A stretch of DNA of 62,987 bases, filler included, from Octopus bimaculoides (Eukaryota): the NCBI RefSeq assembly GCF_001194135.2. It is 8 parts of 8 records of this genome, joined end to end, with 100 filler letters (N's around TTAATTAATTAA, not from the genome) between each part and the next. Parts side by side here need not be neighbours in the genome. Positions count along the whole stretch, not along the records: positions 1 to 25,103 come from NC_068988.1; 7 more parts are not named here. One strand, written 5' to 3'. Both the position numbers and the translations under genes were made by a program. The notes beneath the pieces were generated by a model that was not told the DNA's origin, ran no database searches, and worked only from the letters and a program-made list of their open reading frames with translations. Below, in pieces: positions 1 to 13,686 of this stretch; within the stretch, counting starts at the first letter, position 1; the number at the start of each line of letters is the position of its first letter.

Positions 1-5
1 ACTAC

Positions 6-55
<50 letters not shown>

Positions 56-892
56 GCACCACCACCACCACTATTATTACAACTATTACCACCACCACCA
101 CCACCACTACTACTACTGCTGCTGCTGCTGTTTGTTGCTACTGCTGCTGTTGTTTGTTGCTACTGCTGCTCTTGCTGTTGTCACGGCAGCCATTCTTGCT
201 GTTAACTATCTCCCATTGGATTTCATTGACCCATAACCAAGAATGGAAGCGAGCCTGAGGTTGTGTAGGAGAGAAGGCGATGGCATTTGTTGTAGTGGTG
301 GAGGGTAGGGCGGCATCATGAAAATTGCATTCCTTGTGGTAGGTCGAAAACTGCAATATCAATCATCACCATCATCATCATCACTAGCATCATCATCACC
401 ACCACCATCATCATCACAATCATCATCGTCATAACCGTCACCATCTACTTCATTATCTCTTTCATCGTTTTTCTTTTCTTTTTTTTTTTTCGTTTTTTTT
501 AATTTTATTTTTTTATCCTACTTTTTCGAAGCAATTGATGCGAATGTCGCAACGAAGGGTATTTTAGAAACTGTGCTGGCAAGCAGTAGTGATAGCAACA
601 GCAAGAACAACCACCACCTCCTCCTTCTCCATCTGGAGATCATCATCATCATCATCATCAACAACAACAACAATAACAACAACAATAACAACAACAATAG
701 CAACAACAATACCTCAGCATTTATAACAACAAGTCTAGTATACGCAAAAAATAAAGTTCCCAGCAGCAAGTACAACAGCATCAACAACGGTAAACCCAAT
801 AAAATAAACAATGAAAACAGCAGCAACAACAACAACAACAACAACAACAATATCAACAGAAAGAAAAGTCACAGCAAGAACTACAACAGTGA

Positions 893-1110
893 TATCCTTT
901 CTACTATAGGCACAAGGCCTGAAACTTCGAGACAGTGGGTAAGTCGATGATATCAACTCCAGTGCTCAACTGGTATTTAATTTATCGATCTCGAAAGGAT
1001 GAAAGGCAAAGTCGACAATCGGCAGAATTTGAACTCTGAACGTAAAGACGGACGAAATGCTGCTAAGCATTTTGTCCGGCGTGCTAACCATTCTGCTAGC
1101 TCACCGCCTT
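893..1110 (-). mobile_element. tRNA-derived SINE family A
   Basis: Reverse complement of ggcggcgagctggcagaatcgttagc..gagttcaaattcc..gtcgactttgcctttcatcc; more than 12 copies in the window. Confidence 0.85.
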
Positions 1111-1144
1111 AAACAGCAACAACAGTTATATCAATCAGAACAAT

Positions 1145-1370
1145 AAGGCAGCGAGCTGGCAGAATCGTTAGTGCGACGAGTACAATGCTTAGAAGCATTT
1201 CGTTCGTTTTTACGTTCAGAGTTCAAATTCCACCGAGGTGACATTGCTTTTTATCCTTCCGGGTTGGGTAAAGCACCAGTTGAACACGGGGATCGATGTA
1301 ATTAAATAAACCGTTTTCTTGAAATTGCTGGCCTTGTGTCAAAATTTGAAACTATTATCAACAAGAACAA
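1145..1370 (+). mobile_element. SINE family A, head-to-head with the previous copy
   Basis: aaggcagcgagctggcagaatcgttag...gagttcaaattcc...ggccttgtg. Confidence 0.85.
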
Positions 1371-2151
1371 AAGTCACCACATAAAAAAAAAAATAGGTGT
1401 TTTTGATCTAAGTTCAAGGACAACAATTTTTGTGGTGCATTTGTCGACTGTTATGTTATTTTATTTACCCATGGTTTTTTTTCATATTCTTCCCAAGTAT
1501 CTTTTGACTTACAGCACTATTTTTTTTTTCCAAGTCTTTGTTTAATTCTTTTCTGGAATCCCACTCAGTGCATTCTTTAGCATTTCTAGTTGTTTTTGTG
1601 CAAGTAATCTATCTTATACCGTATGTATCTTATACCGTCTTTGCTTTTCAAGAATTAATGGGGGTTTTTTTGTTTTGTTTTTTGTCCATAGAACTCTTTA
1701 GAGAGAATATTCTTGCAACGCATGCTGACGAATGTGACAAGATATTTAAGTTATAAAATTGAATAACAAATCATATTTTGAGTTATGAAGTCTGTCTTTT
1801 TATGTTTTTTAATATGTACTAGTACTGAGGAATATTTTCTGTCGGAATCGGTAAATTGTCTGCTGTGAAGCGATAACTGCTCTGGCACAATGAACGGGAA
1901 ATGTGCAGCCAGCGGAATGATATATATAGGAGATATTAAGGGATCGTAAGTTACCTCTGGGTTTAATATAATTAATTCAGCAATCACTCCATCTTCATAA
2001 AAAGAGAACCGATTTTCTACGTTCAATACAATTTTTTCACTAGGAATTTTCAAATAATCTTCTTTAAATCTTCTGCAACGAGTTCCTCCATAAAAAGGGT
2101 CAGGAATTAGATGTGCTGCTGCATTTCTCCCAATATATTTGTAGTTACTAC

Positions 2152-2365
2152 AGCGGCGAGCAAGCAGGAACGTTAGCACGCCGTGTAAAATGCTTAGCGA
2201 CGTTACGTCCCTCTCTAAATTCTGAGTTCAAAATCCACCGAGGTTGACTTTACCTTACATCTTTTCTGGGTCGATAAAATAAGCACCAGTCAAACTGAAG
2301 GGTCGATGTAATCGACTACTCCCTCCACCGAAATTGCTAGTCTTGTGCCCAAATTTGGAACAGAA
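2152..2365 (+). mobile_element. SINE family A inserted in the hAT remnant
   Basis: Same head, core and tail as the other A copies. Confidence 0.8.
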
Positions 2366-2546
2366 ATTTTCATAGTTACTTCAATTGCTGAGGTAGATTT
2401 CTGATAGTTTCAAACGTCCTTCAGTAATTCATCTTTAATAAGAAGCTCGACAGAATCTTTTTTCCTGATGATAACATTAAACAGAAAGGACTTAAAATGA
2501 AATACTCGGATTTGAATTCCACATTCAAATTTATTAACCATCTATA

Positions 2547-2935
2547 AGCGCAGGAGTGGCTGTGTGGTAAGAAACTTGCTTCCTAACTACATGGTTCCGG
2601 TTTGGGCAAGTGTCTTCTACTATAGCTTCGGGCCGACCAAAGCCTTGTGAGTGGGTTTGGTAGACGGAAACTAAAAGAAGGCCGTCGTATGTATATATGT
2701 ATATATATACGTATATATATCTATGTGTGCGTATCTGTGTTTGTCCCTGCGTCACCACTTGACAACCGGTGTTGGTGTGTTTACGTCCCTATAGCTTAGC
2801 AGTTCGGTAAAAGAGAATGACAGAATAAGTACCAGGCTTTAAAAAAAAGTACTGGGGTCGATTCATTCGACTAAAAATTCAAGGCAGTGCCCCAGCATGG
2901 CCGCAGTCTAATGACTAAAACAGGTAAAAGAAAAA
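2547..2935 (+). mobile_element. tRNA-derived SINE family B
   Basis: gcgcaggagtggctgtgtggtaag..ttgggcaagtgtcttctactatag..internal TA/TG microsatellite..ccagcatggccgcagtc..gactaaaac. Confidence 0.85.
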
Positions 2936-4089
2936 ATAACAGATATGGTGCAAACTGAAAGGAAAACAGCCTGCGCTTGATTCCCCGATTGTTTACAAAC
3001 TTACCTGGCACCATCAACTATGTCTGCTTTTGACTCACTTCTGAAGCAAAGAAATACAGCATAAAATTGTTCCGGTAACAGTGAAATAACTTTTTCTTAC
3101 GTGAAAGTCAATCGTGTTTATGAAGATTTAGGTATATTGTGGCAAGATGTAGCAATAGTTTCATCAAGTGTGAACTCTCGTTGTTTCTCGCTGCAAGAAA
3201 AGTAAGATATTAAAACTTTGATGAAAGCAATACATTAGAAGCATGGCAAGAACAAAGAATAAAGGAATGACGGACGGATCCTGTAATAAAAAGCGAAGGC
3301 TTGTTGCCAAACATCAATAACTTCAGAAATCCACTTTTGGTGTCCATCATAGAAGAACAATTATCGCTTACGAATCCAATATTTTCTGGAGAAATATTTC
3401 TTCCACGCCAAGTAGATTTGACAGCATTGTATTTATTGTAAAGACCAATAGCTTTCCACTTTCAACAGCTAAACTATCTAACAAAAAGTCTACAACATCG
3501 TACGTATTCAGATCAAAGTATCTCACAAGCATAACCAAAATTTGAATAGCTCAAATGTTTGTACTTTTATCAATTATGACAGAAAATCTTTGTAACTTGA
3601 CATATTATCTCTTATCGCCAATTTTTTTTTTTTTCTCATGAAAGGTTATTCCATCCGAAATGACATATGAAAGCTTTGTTCTTTTCAATGATAATTTTTC
3701 AGCGAACATACTGCCGTGAATGCTCTTTTACATATCATCAGAAGACGATCAACATTTGCAAGAGGAATGCTATGTTCAACAAAAGCTAGCAAGAAGCTAG
3801 CAGTTCGCTTTTGACTTTTCGTTTACTCATTGTTGACTACACTTGAAGTAAAAGATATCAAACTAAACAAGAACAAAGGGGAAAGAAAAATAAAAGAATG
3901 AGCTCCTAAATTAATGCAGCATTCTTTTAATAACTTACAGCAAAGTATGAGGAGTAAATTAAAATAAAAGCAGTTGGGCAAAAAGAGACCGATAGAATTA
4001 TCAAACTAGGGTCGATTTGATCGACTTAACCCAAGATGGCCGCACTCTGATGACAGAAACAAATGAGAGATAAAAGATAACATAGATAC

Positions 4090-4530
4090 AAAGCTAGTAA
4101 TTTTGAGAGGGAAGGTTAGTCGATACTATTGATAGGTACATGACTGGTACTTTATTTTATCGACGCCGGGGAGATGAAAAGTAAAGCTGACGACGGCCGG
4201 ATTTGAACTCATAATGTAAAGAGCCGTGATGAAATACCGCAAAGCATTTGTCCACAGCCGCAAAGCGTTTGTCCACAGCTTTAAATAAATGATTCTGCAT
4301 GTCCACTGCTCGCAAATAATAATAATTACTTCGAATTTTGTTACAAAGCCAGCAATTTTGGGGGAAGGAGACTACTCAATACCGTTGACCCTAGTATATG
4401 GCTGATACTTTATTTTATCGATTGTGATAAGATGGAAGGCTACGTTGACCACCGTTGGATTTCAGCTCATACCGTAAATAGCCATGACGAAATACTGCAA
4501 GGCAATTTATCCACCTAACGATTTTTCCAG
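4090..4530 (-). mobile_element. Two tandem diverged SINE A copies
   Basis: Repeated tactttattttatcga..gatgaaa..gtcga..gaactca blocks. Confidence 0.7.
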
Positions 4531-5133
4531 TTCACTGCCCACAAATAATAACAAAAATGCATGTAACCCAACACACTAAAATGATGTTTGTGTACTTCAG
4601 TTACACTTTAGAGCCAAGGTCACGTGGTGTTTCTTTCTTTTTGTACCTTTCCTGATTTAGAGGTTAAAAAATAACACACACAAAAACATACACGAATATA
4701 TATAAATAGATAAAATAAAAAGAAGAGAAAATAGACGGATTTGGTAAAACTTAATAAAAAATAAGAACAAAAGAAATACTTTTTTTATCCTATTTTCAAA
4801 CATTTTTGTTTTTGCTCTACCTTTCGTTCGCTTTTTTGTTTGCCGGTTTGTATCTGGTTTGCTTATACGATTTGTTTTTGTTTATTCGCCACTTTCTTTC
4901 GGGTTAAACTTCCTTCATTTCTGTTAAAAGAAAAACAAACAAGCAATACATACATACATACATACATACATACATACATACATACATACATACATACATA
5001 CATAAAATATATCTATGTATGTATACGTATGTATGTTTATGCATATGTATATATATACATACACACATGTATATGTATACGTGTATATGTATGTATATAT
5101 ATCTATTTATCTATATATATATATGTGTGGGAG

Positions 5134-5230
<97 letters not shown>

Positions 5231-5407
5231 AGAGAAGGAGTACAAAAAGATGTGTTTGTATATACTTATACAATATACACATACTTATATATACAAATAT
5301 ACATGCATGGTTATATGTATGTGCTTCTAAATAAATAAATAAATAAATGAATACATAAATATTTTCACATATACATACGTATGTATGAATGGGTGCATGA
5401 ATGTGTT

Positions 5408-5448
<41 letters not shown>

Positions 5449-5852
5449 GCATGTGTATATATATATGCATGTATGTTTGTATGTATGTATGTATGTATGT
5501 ATGTATGTATATTGGCACGAGCCTTGCATCTTTATTCATTCAGTTCTTGTAATTAATTTTACCCCCATCTCTCCCAGCCATAATCCTCACAGAATATCTA
5601 ACACATCTGGTTTTGGAATTCTTCAGACAATTATTGGCTTTTGATTGTTTTATCTCTTTGCAAAAGATTGTTCCAGAAAAGAAGAGTGTCTTTGATGTTG
5701 GAACTTTGCCAGATTCCCTGAAAGGAAACTTATATTTGCCATGTGTGTGCCATCATTAACATATTCTCACAGACATTTCGCTTCTCACATAGTCCGACTA
5801 TCTCTTGCATGCTTCCTTCTCTCGATGGTTTGAAATTGGAATGGCCATCCCA

Positions 5853-5954
<102 letters not shown>

Positions 5955-6624
5955 ATCTCTTTCTCTTGTGCTTCCCTCTCAGAGCGGTTTTTACAAATTC
6001 AACATGAAGGAACCATACAGAACTTCATCAGATTATGCCATCAATCATCCTTTATGTTTAATTTCTAACACCTTTCATAGTTTTAACTATTTCACTCGTA
6101 TTATTTATTTATTTATTTATTCTAAATTGTATTAACATGTGGTGTGGTGTGGCGGGTGGGGTGATTTAGTACAGACGTGCAACGTAAGTTCTGAGTGAAC
6201 GAAATTTTTTATTTCTGCTTTTATTCACCGTTTTAGCTATTATATTCCACTCATTTATATCCACGACTGATATTCAGAAAGGTATGAATGTCACACGTCA
6301 CATTTTCTTTACCCGTAAACGTCTTAAATTTCATGACTGCTCGAAGAAAACAGAAGACAACCACAATTATGAATCATTTCAGAAAGACTCTGAATCAGTA
6401 ACTGGAGCAAGCAACATAAATATATTCGCCGTTGTGTATAAGAAAGCGTGATTAGGACACAATAGTTTCATATTCAGACACAAGGCCAGGAATAAATCGA
6501 TAGTATCGATCAGGAAAGCATGAAAGAGAAAGTCAATCTCAACAGAATTAGAACTTAAAGAGTCGGAAGAAATGTCGCTGAGAATTTTGTCCGATGGGCT
6601 GACAATACCACCAGCTCCCTGCCC

Positions 6625-6670
<46 letters not shown>

Positions 6671-7761
6671 AATGATTTTTTTCTACTATACGTACAAGGC
6701 CTGAAATTTTGCGGGTGAGAAAAGGGGAATAAGTCAGTTACATCAACTTTCGTGCTCAGTTGCTGTGGTGGTGTGTAGTGGGTGGTGGGTGTTGACTGCG
6801 AACAGCAGTTTCACCTTCCAAATTATCTCTAATCTTCCCCCTTTGCTAACCGGCTGGTGAAGACGAAAGTCTGAAAGCCATTTTGAAAATTCTGTTTTTA
6901 TTTTTTTAAAAACAGTCTCTCTTTCAAGCTTTTTCCCAGTATCTATCTATCTCTATTTCTGNNNNNNNNNNNNNNNNNNNNNNNNNNNNNNNNNNNNNNN
7001 NNNNNNNNNNNNNNNNNNNNNNNNNNNNNNNNNNNNNNNNNNNNNNNNNNNNNNNNNNNNNNNNNNNNNNNNNNNNNNNNNNNNNNNNNNNNNNNNNNNN
7101 NNNNNNNNNNNNNNNNNNNNNNNNNNNNNNNNNNNNNNNNNNNNNNNNNNNNNNNNNNNNNNNNNNNNNNNNNNNNNNNNNNNNNNNNNNNNNNNNNNNN
7201 NNNNNNNNNNNNNNNNNNNNNNNNNNNNNNNNNNNNNNNNNNNNNNNNNNNNNNNNNNNNNNNNNNNNNNNNNNNNNNNNNNNNNNNNNNNNNNNNNNNN
7301 NNNNNNNNNNNNNNNNNNNNNNNNNNNNNNNNNNNNNNNNNNNNNNNNNNNNNNNNNNNNNNNNNNNNNNNNNNNNNNNNNNNNNNNNNNNNNNNNNNNN
7401 NNNNNNNNNNNNNNNNNNNNNNNNNNNNNNNNNNNNNNNNNNNNNNNNNNNNNNNNNNNNNNNNNNNNNNNNNNNNNNNNNNNNNNNNNNNNNNNNNNNN
7501 NNNNNNNNNNNNNNNNNNNNNNNNNNNNNNNNNNNNNNNNNNNNNNNNNNNNNNNNNNNNNNNNNNNNNNNNNNNNNNNNNNNNNNNNNNNNNNNNNNNN
7601 NNNNNNNNNNNNNNNNNNNNNNNNNNNNNNNNNNNNNNNNNNNNNNNNNNNNNNNNNNNNNNNNNNNNNNNNNNNNNNNNNNNNNNNNNNNNNNNNNNNN
7701 NNNNNNNNNNNNNNNNNNNNNNNNNNNNNNNNNNNNNNNNNNNNNNNNNNNNNNNNNNNNN

Positions 7762-7789
<28 letters not shown>

Positions 7790-7794
<5 letters not shown>

Positions 7795-8045
7795 GGGGGA
7801 CGTAAACACACCAGCATCGGTTGTCAAGCGATGATGGTGGGACAAACACAGACACACAAACACACACACATATATATATACATATACATATATACGACAG
7901 GCTTCTTTCAGTTTCCGTCTACTAAATCCACTCACAAGGCTTTGATTGGCCCGAGGCTATAGTAGAAGACACTTGCCCAAGGTGCTACGCAGTGGGACTG
8001 AACCTGGAATCATGTGGCTGGTAAGCAAACTACTTACCACACAGC
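7790..8045 (-). mobile_element. SINE family B
   Basis: Reverse complement of B head and body. Confidence 0.85.
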
Positions 8046-8090
8046 AACTCCGGCGATATATATATATGTTTGTTACTTTTTATTATTATT

Positions 8091-8158
<68 letters not shown>

Positions 8159-9852
8159 CTTATTTATAAATATATATATATATATATAAACAATATATGA
8201 GTATATGCATATATATGTACATGTATGTATATACGTTCATCTACATGTACATATANNNNNNNNNNNNNNNNNNNNNNNNNNNNNNNNNNNNNNNNNNNNN
8301 NNNNNNNNNNNNNNNNNNNNNNNNNNNNNNNNNNNNNNNNNNNNNNNNNNNNNNNNNNNNNNNNNNNNNNNNNNNNNNNNNNNNNNNNNNNNNNNNNNNN
8401 NNNNNNNNNNNNNNNNNNNNNNNNNNNNNNNNNNNNNNNNNNNNNNNNNNNNNNNNNNNNNNNNNNNNNNNNNNNNNNNNNNNNNNNNNNNNNNNNNNNN
8501 NNNNNNNNNNNNNNNNNNNNNNNNNNNNNNNNNNNNNNNNNGAAACGGTGAAATAAACAAACAAAAAGGCTGTACAGCCAGACGTGAAGTGTGTATGTCT
8601 TGAACGCTGTGAAGCACGTACAGGAGGGGCAAAGAAGTACGTGCGAGCTAGGTGATTCCAAGAACGAAAAGAAATAGCAGCCGGACACACGTGACCAAGG
8701 TTGTGTGAAGAGAAAGAGTAGCAGAGGGAAAAAGGGGGGAGGGAGGAAGTAGAATAAAAGTGAGCAACGAGAGGTAGAGAGAGAGAGAGATAGTAGTAGT
8801 AACGGTGAGAGGCGAAGGACGAGTAACAAGAGATAGAGAGAGAGAGAAAAGTAGTGACAGGTAGAGGCGAAGAACAGTAGAGGGAAGAATGAGAGGGGGA
8901 GATAGAAATAGAGAGAGTCGCGTTAGAAAAATAGTTAAAACTTACTGTATAAAGGTAACGCGTGCGTTCTGTCGTGATACAAACAATATATGAGTATATG
9001 CATATATATGTACATGTCTGTATATACGTTCATCTACATGTACATATAGATACATAACTGGGTACATGACGTGGCAAAAGAACAAGGAGAGAGAGAAATA
9101 CATACATACATACATACAAACATACATACACTACACACACATACATACACATATACACGCACACACGTGTATGAATATGTAGACATTTGTATGTGTATAT
9201 AAAATCAATGAAAAGGAGGCATTGTACAAGTGGAGGCTTAAACAGAGCATAGCAGGAAAACCAAACGGAAAAAGACACTTCGAAAAAAAGAATGCGAACG
9301 GTTCTTCCAGAAGTGTAAAATATTTCAAACAAATAACAAAAGATGGTAGAGAAATATCAACAGCATAAAATGTCACGTAAAACACGATACCAGAAGACGC
9401 ACCAGCGCCAACAGAATTCAGATATACTAGCGAGAAATATGGAGCAATGATACGCAACCCAGTACAAATGCACAATCGTTCAACATGACCGCACAACTTT
9501 AGTCTATTATAAATGATAAAGAAGTCAATAACACGTTAAGAAATACAAGCAATTAGAGAGCATGCGGGCGTGTTTCTAATTTATGGATGAAATACCTGAC
9601 CAGTATGTAGTAATAGCGTTCAATGAAGGGATAATTAAACCAGAGTTATCACCTGATTAAATGTTGAGGAGGAAAAGACCACACTAATCCACTCTCTCAT
9701 AAATTTGTAGACCTATAATATGCCTACCAAGAACATATAAAGCCCTCTCAATCCTCCTATACAACAGGGTAACTATACACCCTGAAAGGAACAATATATT
9801 GCCAGAAGAACGTAAAAGAAGCCAGAAATGTATGTATCACTGTAAACAGCAG

Positions 9853-10430
9853 TGGGGGCGCAATGGCCCAGTGGTTAGGGCGGCGGATTCACGGCCATAG
9901 GAACGCGGTTTTGATTCTCAGACCGGGCGTTGTGTGTGTTTATTGAGCGAAAACACCTAAAGCTCCACGAGACTCCGGCAGGGGATGGTGGCGAACCCTG
10001 CTGTACTCTTCTACCACAACTTTCTCTCACTCTTTCTTCCTGCTTCTGTTGTGCCTGTAATTCAAAGGGTCAGCCTTATCACACTGTGTCACGCTGAATA
10101 TCCCCGAGAACTACGTTAAGGGTACATGTGTCTGTGGAGTGCTCAGCCACTTGCACGTTAATTTCACGAGCAGGCTGTTCCGTTGATCGGATCAACTGGA
10201 ACCCTCGACGTCGTAAGCGANNNNNNNNNNTAATTCAAAGGGTCAGCCTTATCACACTGTGTCACGCTGAATATCCCCGAGAACTACGTTAAGGGTACAT
10301 GTGTCTGTGGAGTGCTCAGCCACTTGCACGTTAATTTCACGAGCAGGCTGTTCCGTTGATCGGATCAACTGGAACCCTCGACGTCGTAAGCGACGGAGTG
10401 CCAACAACAACAACAACAACAACAACAACT
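9853..10430 (+). mobile_element. tRNA-derived SINE family C with (AAC)n tail; 3' part duplicated across a 10-N gap
   Basis: ggcgcaatggcccagtggttagggc..ccccgagaactacgttaaggg..gacggagtgcc(aac)n. Confidence 0.85.
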
Positions 10431-10869
10431 CTTTTCCAATATTCAGATGGCTTCCAGCCCTCCATATCAACTAACTTTTTCTCAACTACAGCTTCAATCT
10501 TTATGAGCGCCAACACCGTAATTTCAGAACGTAAAGCGCCAGAGGAAATGCCGCTAAGCATTTTGTCGGAAGTGCTTACGATTCTGCCAGTTCACCATTT
10601 CAGTAACAACAATAATAATTGTTTCTACCATAGGCACTGATGGACAAATTTGCAATACGTCACATCACTCTTTCTCATTCTATGAAATCACGTCAGTCTG
10701 GCCTAACATGCCGAGGACCGAACTCGTACCCTCTTCATCTCATGCCTTTCATAGTCTCTTTCGTCTACTATAATTTACGTTCCTCTTTCAACCAACACAC
10801 ATCACTTTTTTCATTTAATAGGTTTATGATTCCCGTCACATGTCCCGCACTAATGCAGTCCCCATTCTC

Positions 10870-10922
<53 letters not shown>

Positions 10923-11504
10923 AAATTTACATATTTACACATTGCCAATTGCTGTAACAATTATTTCTATAGTTTTATACCTTGTGTTGTTAACAAGCGC
11001 TCAACCATATGAGTGGCACCTGCCTCCCACAATGTCACTTGGTGCAGTGCAGAGTAATACATGTTTCAGCTCAAGGGGTGTAACTAAACTATTGTAGCTA
11101 GTACAATAAAGTCTCACGTATTTAGTTTAATGAGTTGGGGGAAAAAATGAATAAATAAATGAATAAATAATAAAAAAAAGACATCGATTACCTAATATCC
11201 ATATAATTAGTAAAAAAAGAAATCTCCCTCTAGACGTTTAGAATTTAAAAACTAAAATTGTAGCAAGAGTTTGAATTTGTCATCTCATGGAGAGAAACCA
11301 AATGCAGTAACTGCTTAGACGCAACATTATATAGGGAAGAATGCGGGTGGTACTATCATAGTACTATATACAATATTATAGAGTAGATCATGTTACTATG
11401 TTACATGCTATACAATGTAAATAGTGTCACTATAAGTAAAGAGGAGGTTGTATCAGGATACTATATACTATACTAATATAGAAATGGTATCGCTCTACTA
11501 TATA

Positions 11505-11940
11505 TTCTTTTCTACTCTAGGCACAAGACCCGAAATTTGGGGGGAGGGATCCAGTCGATTAGATCGACCCCAGTACGCAACTGGTACTTAATTTATCGAC
11601 CCCGAAAGGATGAAAGGCAAAGTCGACTTCGGCGGAATTTGAACTCAGAACGTGGCGGCAGACGAAATACTGCTAAGCATTTCGCCCGGCGTGCTAACGT
11701 TTTTTTATTTCTATATTGCCAACAAGGGGCTAAACATAGAGGGGACAAACAAGGACAGGCAAAGGGATTAAGTCGGTTACATCAACCCCAGTGCGTAACT
11801 GGTACTTATTTAATCGACACCGAAAGGATGAAAGGCTAAGTCGACCTCGGCGGAATTTGAACTCAGAACGTAACAGCAGATGAAATACCGCTAAGCATTT
11901 CGCCCGGCGTGCTAACGTTTCTGTCAGCTCTCCACCAGCC
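11505..11940 (-). mobile_element. Two tandem SINE A copies with different 3' tails
   Basis: Shared head and core; tails ttttctactctaggcacaag versus ttgccaacaaggggctaaac. Confidence 0.85.
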
Positions 11941-12536
11941 TACCATATAGTCTAGAGTAGAGGTCGTGTCGCTATACTATTCTCTAAAGTGGACGTAGAC
12001 AGTGGCGGATGCAGGGGTGTTGCCCTAGTTGCCCAGGCAGATAGGTCTGAGGTAATAACTAGGGGAGGGGAAAACAAAAACAAAAAAAGGAACGGATTTA
12101 TTTGACAAACTAATATTATCAGTATTTATGGTAAAGACAATGTTGGTGTACTATATGCTATACTGCAGGGCAGATACCATCCCTATACTAACATATTACA
12201 TGCTAACAACTATAAAGAGGTGGCACAGGCATGGCCGTGTGGTTAAGGAGTTCACTCCGCAACCATGTGGTTACTGGTTCAGTCCCCTCAGTCGACCAAT
12301 ACCTTGTAAGTGAATTTAGTCAACAGAAATTGTGTAGAAGCCAGTCATAGATGACAGACGATACAAAGCGATTCAAAAGGCAAGAGTTTCGTTGCGTTGA
12401 CACTTATCAAAGTCCCAATGTATCAAACTTTCGGTCCTTGAGTCACTCTGTAACTTCTGCCGATTAAATAAATCTATATATACTCAGGTTTTGAGCTCTA
12501 TTTCCCTCTGTGTGTCACCAAAGTTAGCTAGGCTTG

Positions 12537-12588
<52 letters not shown>

Positions 12589-13481
12589 TGTGTGTTTGGT
12601 TTCTTAACCAACACTTGAAAGCCAGTTTTGGTTCGTTTATGTTCCCTTAACTTAGCAGTTCAACAAAAGAAAATGATTGAATAAGTGTCAGACTTAAAAA
12701 AAGAAGACGTAGTGATGTCAATACTTTCAATTAAACCCTTCAAAGCGGTACCCCAGTATGGCTATAATCCAATGACTGAAACAAGTAAAGGAGCAAAAGA
12801 ACTACAGACGCACTATCAATCGTATGCTTCACTTCATGCCTTAAAACAAGCTATGTTCTTAACGTATATTGATCAGAGTAGTCTATCTATCGCTGAAGAT
12901 AGAGTTGGGATTGAGCCAAGACACCCTAGAGAAACGATAGCTATTACAGTTAGTCAGTCGATCAGTGAATCTGATGTAAGAAGATTTCAATGTCAAAGTA
13001 CAAACCGACATTCCATTTTTCAGCATCTTCTGCGGGAGTTGAAGTTAACTACACCGTCTTTGTTCGTCACACAATTATAGACATCACAACAGTACGATCT
13101 TACAACCACGATCAAACTACTACTTCCTCTGTATCCACAACCACCATGACTACTGCTACGACCACCATCACCGCCTCCACCACTACCATCATCATCATCA
13201 TCATCATCATCAACACCACTACTGCAGTAACATCTTTATCAGCACACCACTATATGTGTGTACGCGCGCATGTTTTCTTTTTTTACTTTTTCTTTTCACT
13301 TCAGTCATTTGACTGCGGTCATGCTGGGGCACCGCCTTAGATGAGTTTAATCGAACAAATCGACCCCAGGACTTATTCTTTTTAAGCCTAGTACTTATTC
13401 TATCGGTCTCTTTCGCCGAACCGCTAGGTTACGTGACGTAAACACACCAACACCGGTTATCAAGACACACATAACTATATA

Positions 13482-13686
13482 TATCTGTAAAAATGTCTGA
13501 CACTTATTCAGTAGCCATGATAAAACTCCGAGTTTCGGATGCCAGGGTGGGAGCCAAGGCCAACATGTCTTCAGTTATCCGGCCAATTGAAAATTCCTGT
13601 GAAAAATGACCGTTAAAAACAAAGGGAATCCGAAACTCGGAGTTTTATCATGGCTACTGAATAAGTGTCACATATTTTTACAGATA
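13482..13686. mobile_element. 205-bp MITE with 59-bp TIRs
   Basis: 13482-13540 and 13628-13686 are reverse complements with 2 mismatches; TA at both ends. Confidence 0.85.

Larger units (their letters stand above)
1400..3800 (-). mobile_element. Degenerate hAT transposase, split by two SINE insertions
   Basis: Minus frames give FSVIIDKSTNI..ILVMLVRYFD, NIGFVSDNCSSMMDTKSG, HSFILCSCHAS, RFSFYEDGVIAELIILNPE and dimerisation-like LSHSSACVARIFS; many stops and frameshifts. Confidence 0.8.

Noticed and set aside
138-956. N/I/S-rich and poly-L ORFs at the window start
   Set aside because: Trinucleotide low complexity; they end in a SINE; no convincing splice structure.
4840-5540. YI, HT, CV, LS and YLSI repeat ORFs here and throughout the window
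   Set aside because: Di- and tetranucleotide microsatellite translations with no domain content.
6924-7935. Long ORFs made of X (also 13.6-14.5, 15.4-16.8, 22.0-22.6, 34.6-36.6, 52.2-53.1, 56.2-56.9 kb)
   Set aside because: They are open only because they span N gaps.
9190-9840. LINE fragment or membrane-protein exon
   Set aside because: No diagnostic endonuclease, RT or receptor motif that I could read; many stops.
9853-9930. tRNA genes at SINE heads
   Set aside because: A/B-box-like motifs run straight into SINE bodies and I could not form a cloverleaf.
10051-10400. Tandem duplications across short gaps (also 8196/8988, 46131/46420, 62755/62813)
   Set aside because: Near-identical sequence on both sides of Ns indicates unmerged contig overlaps.
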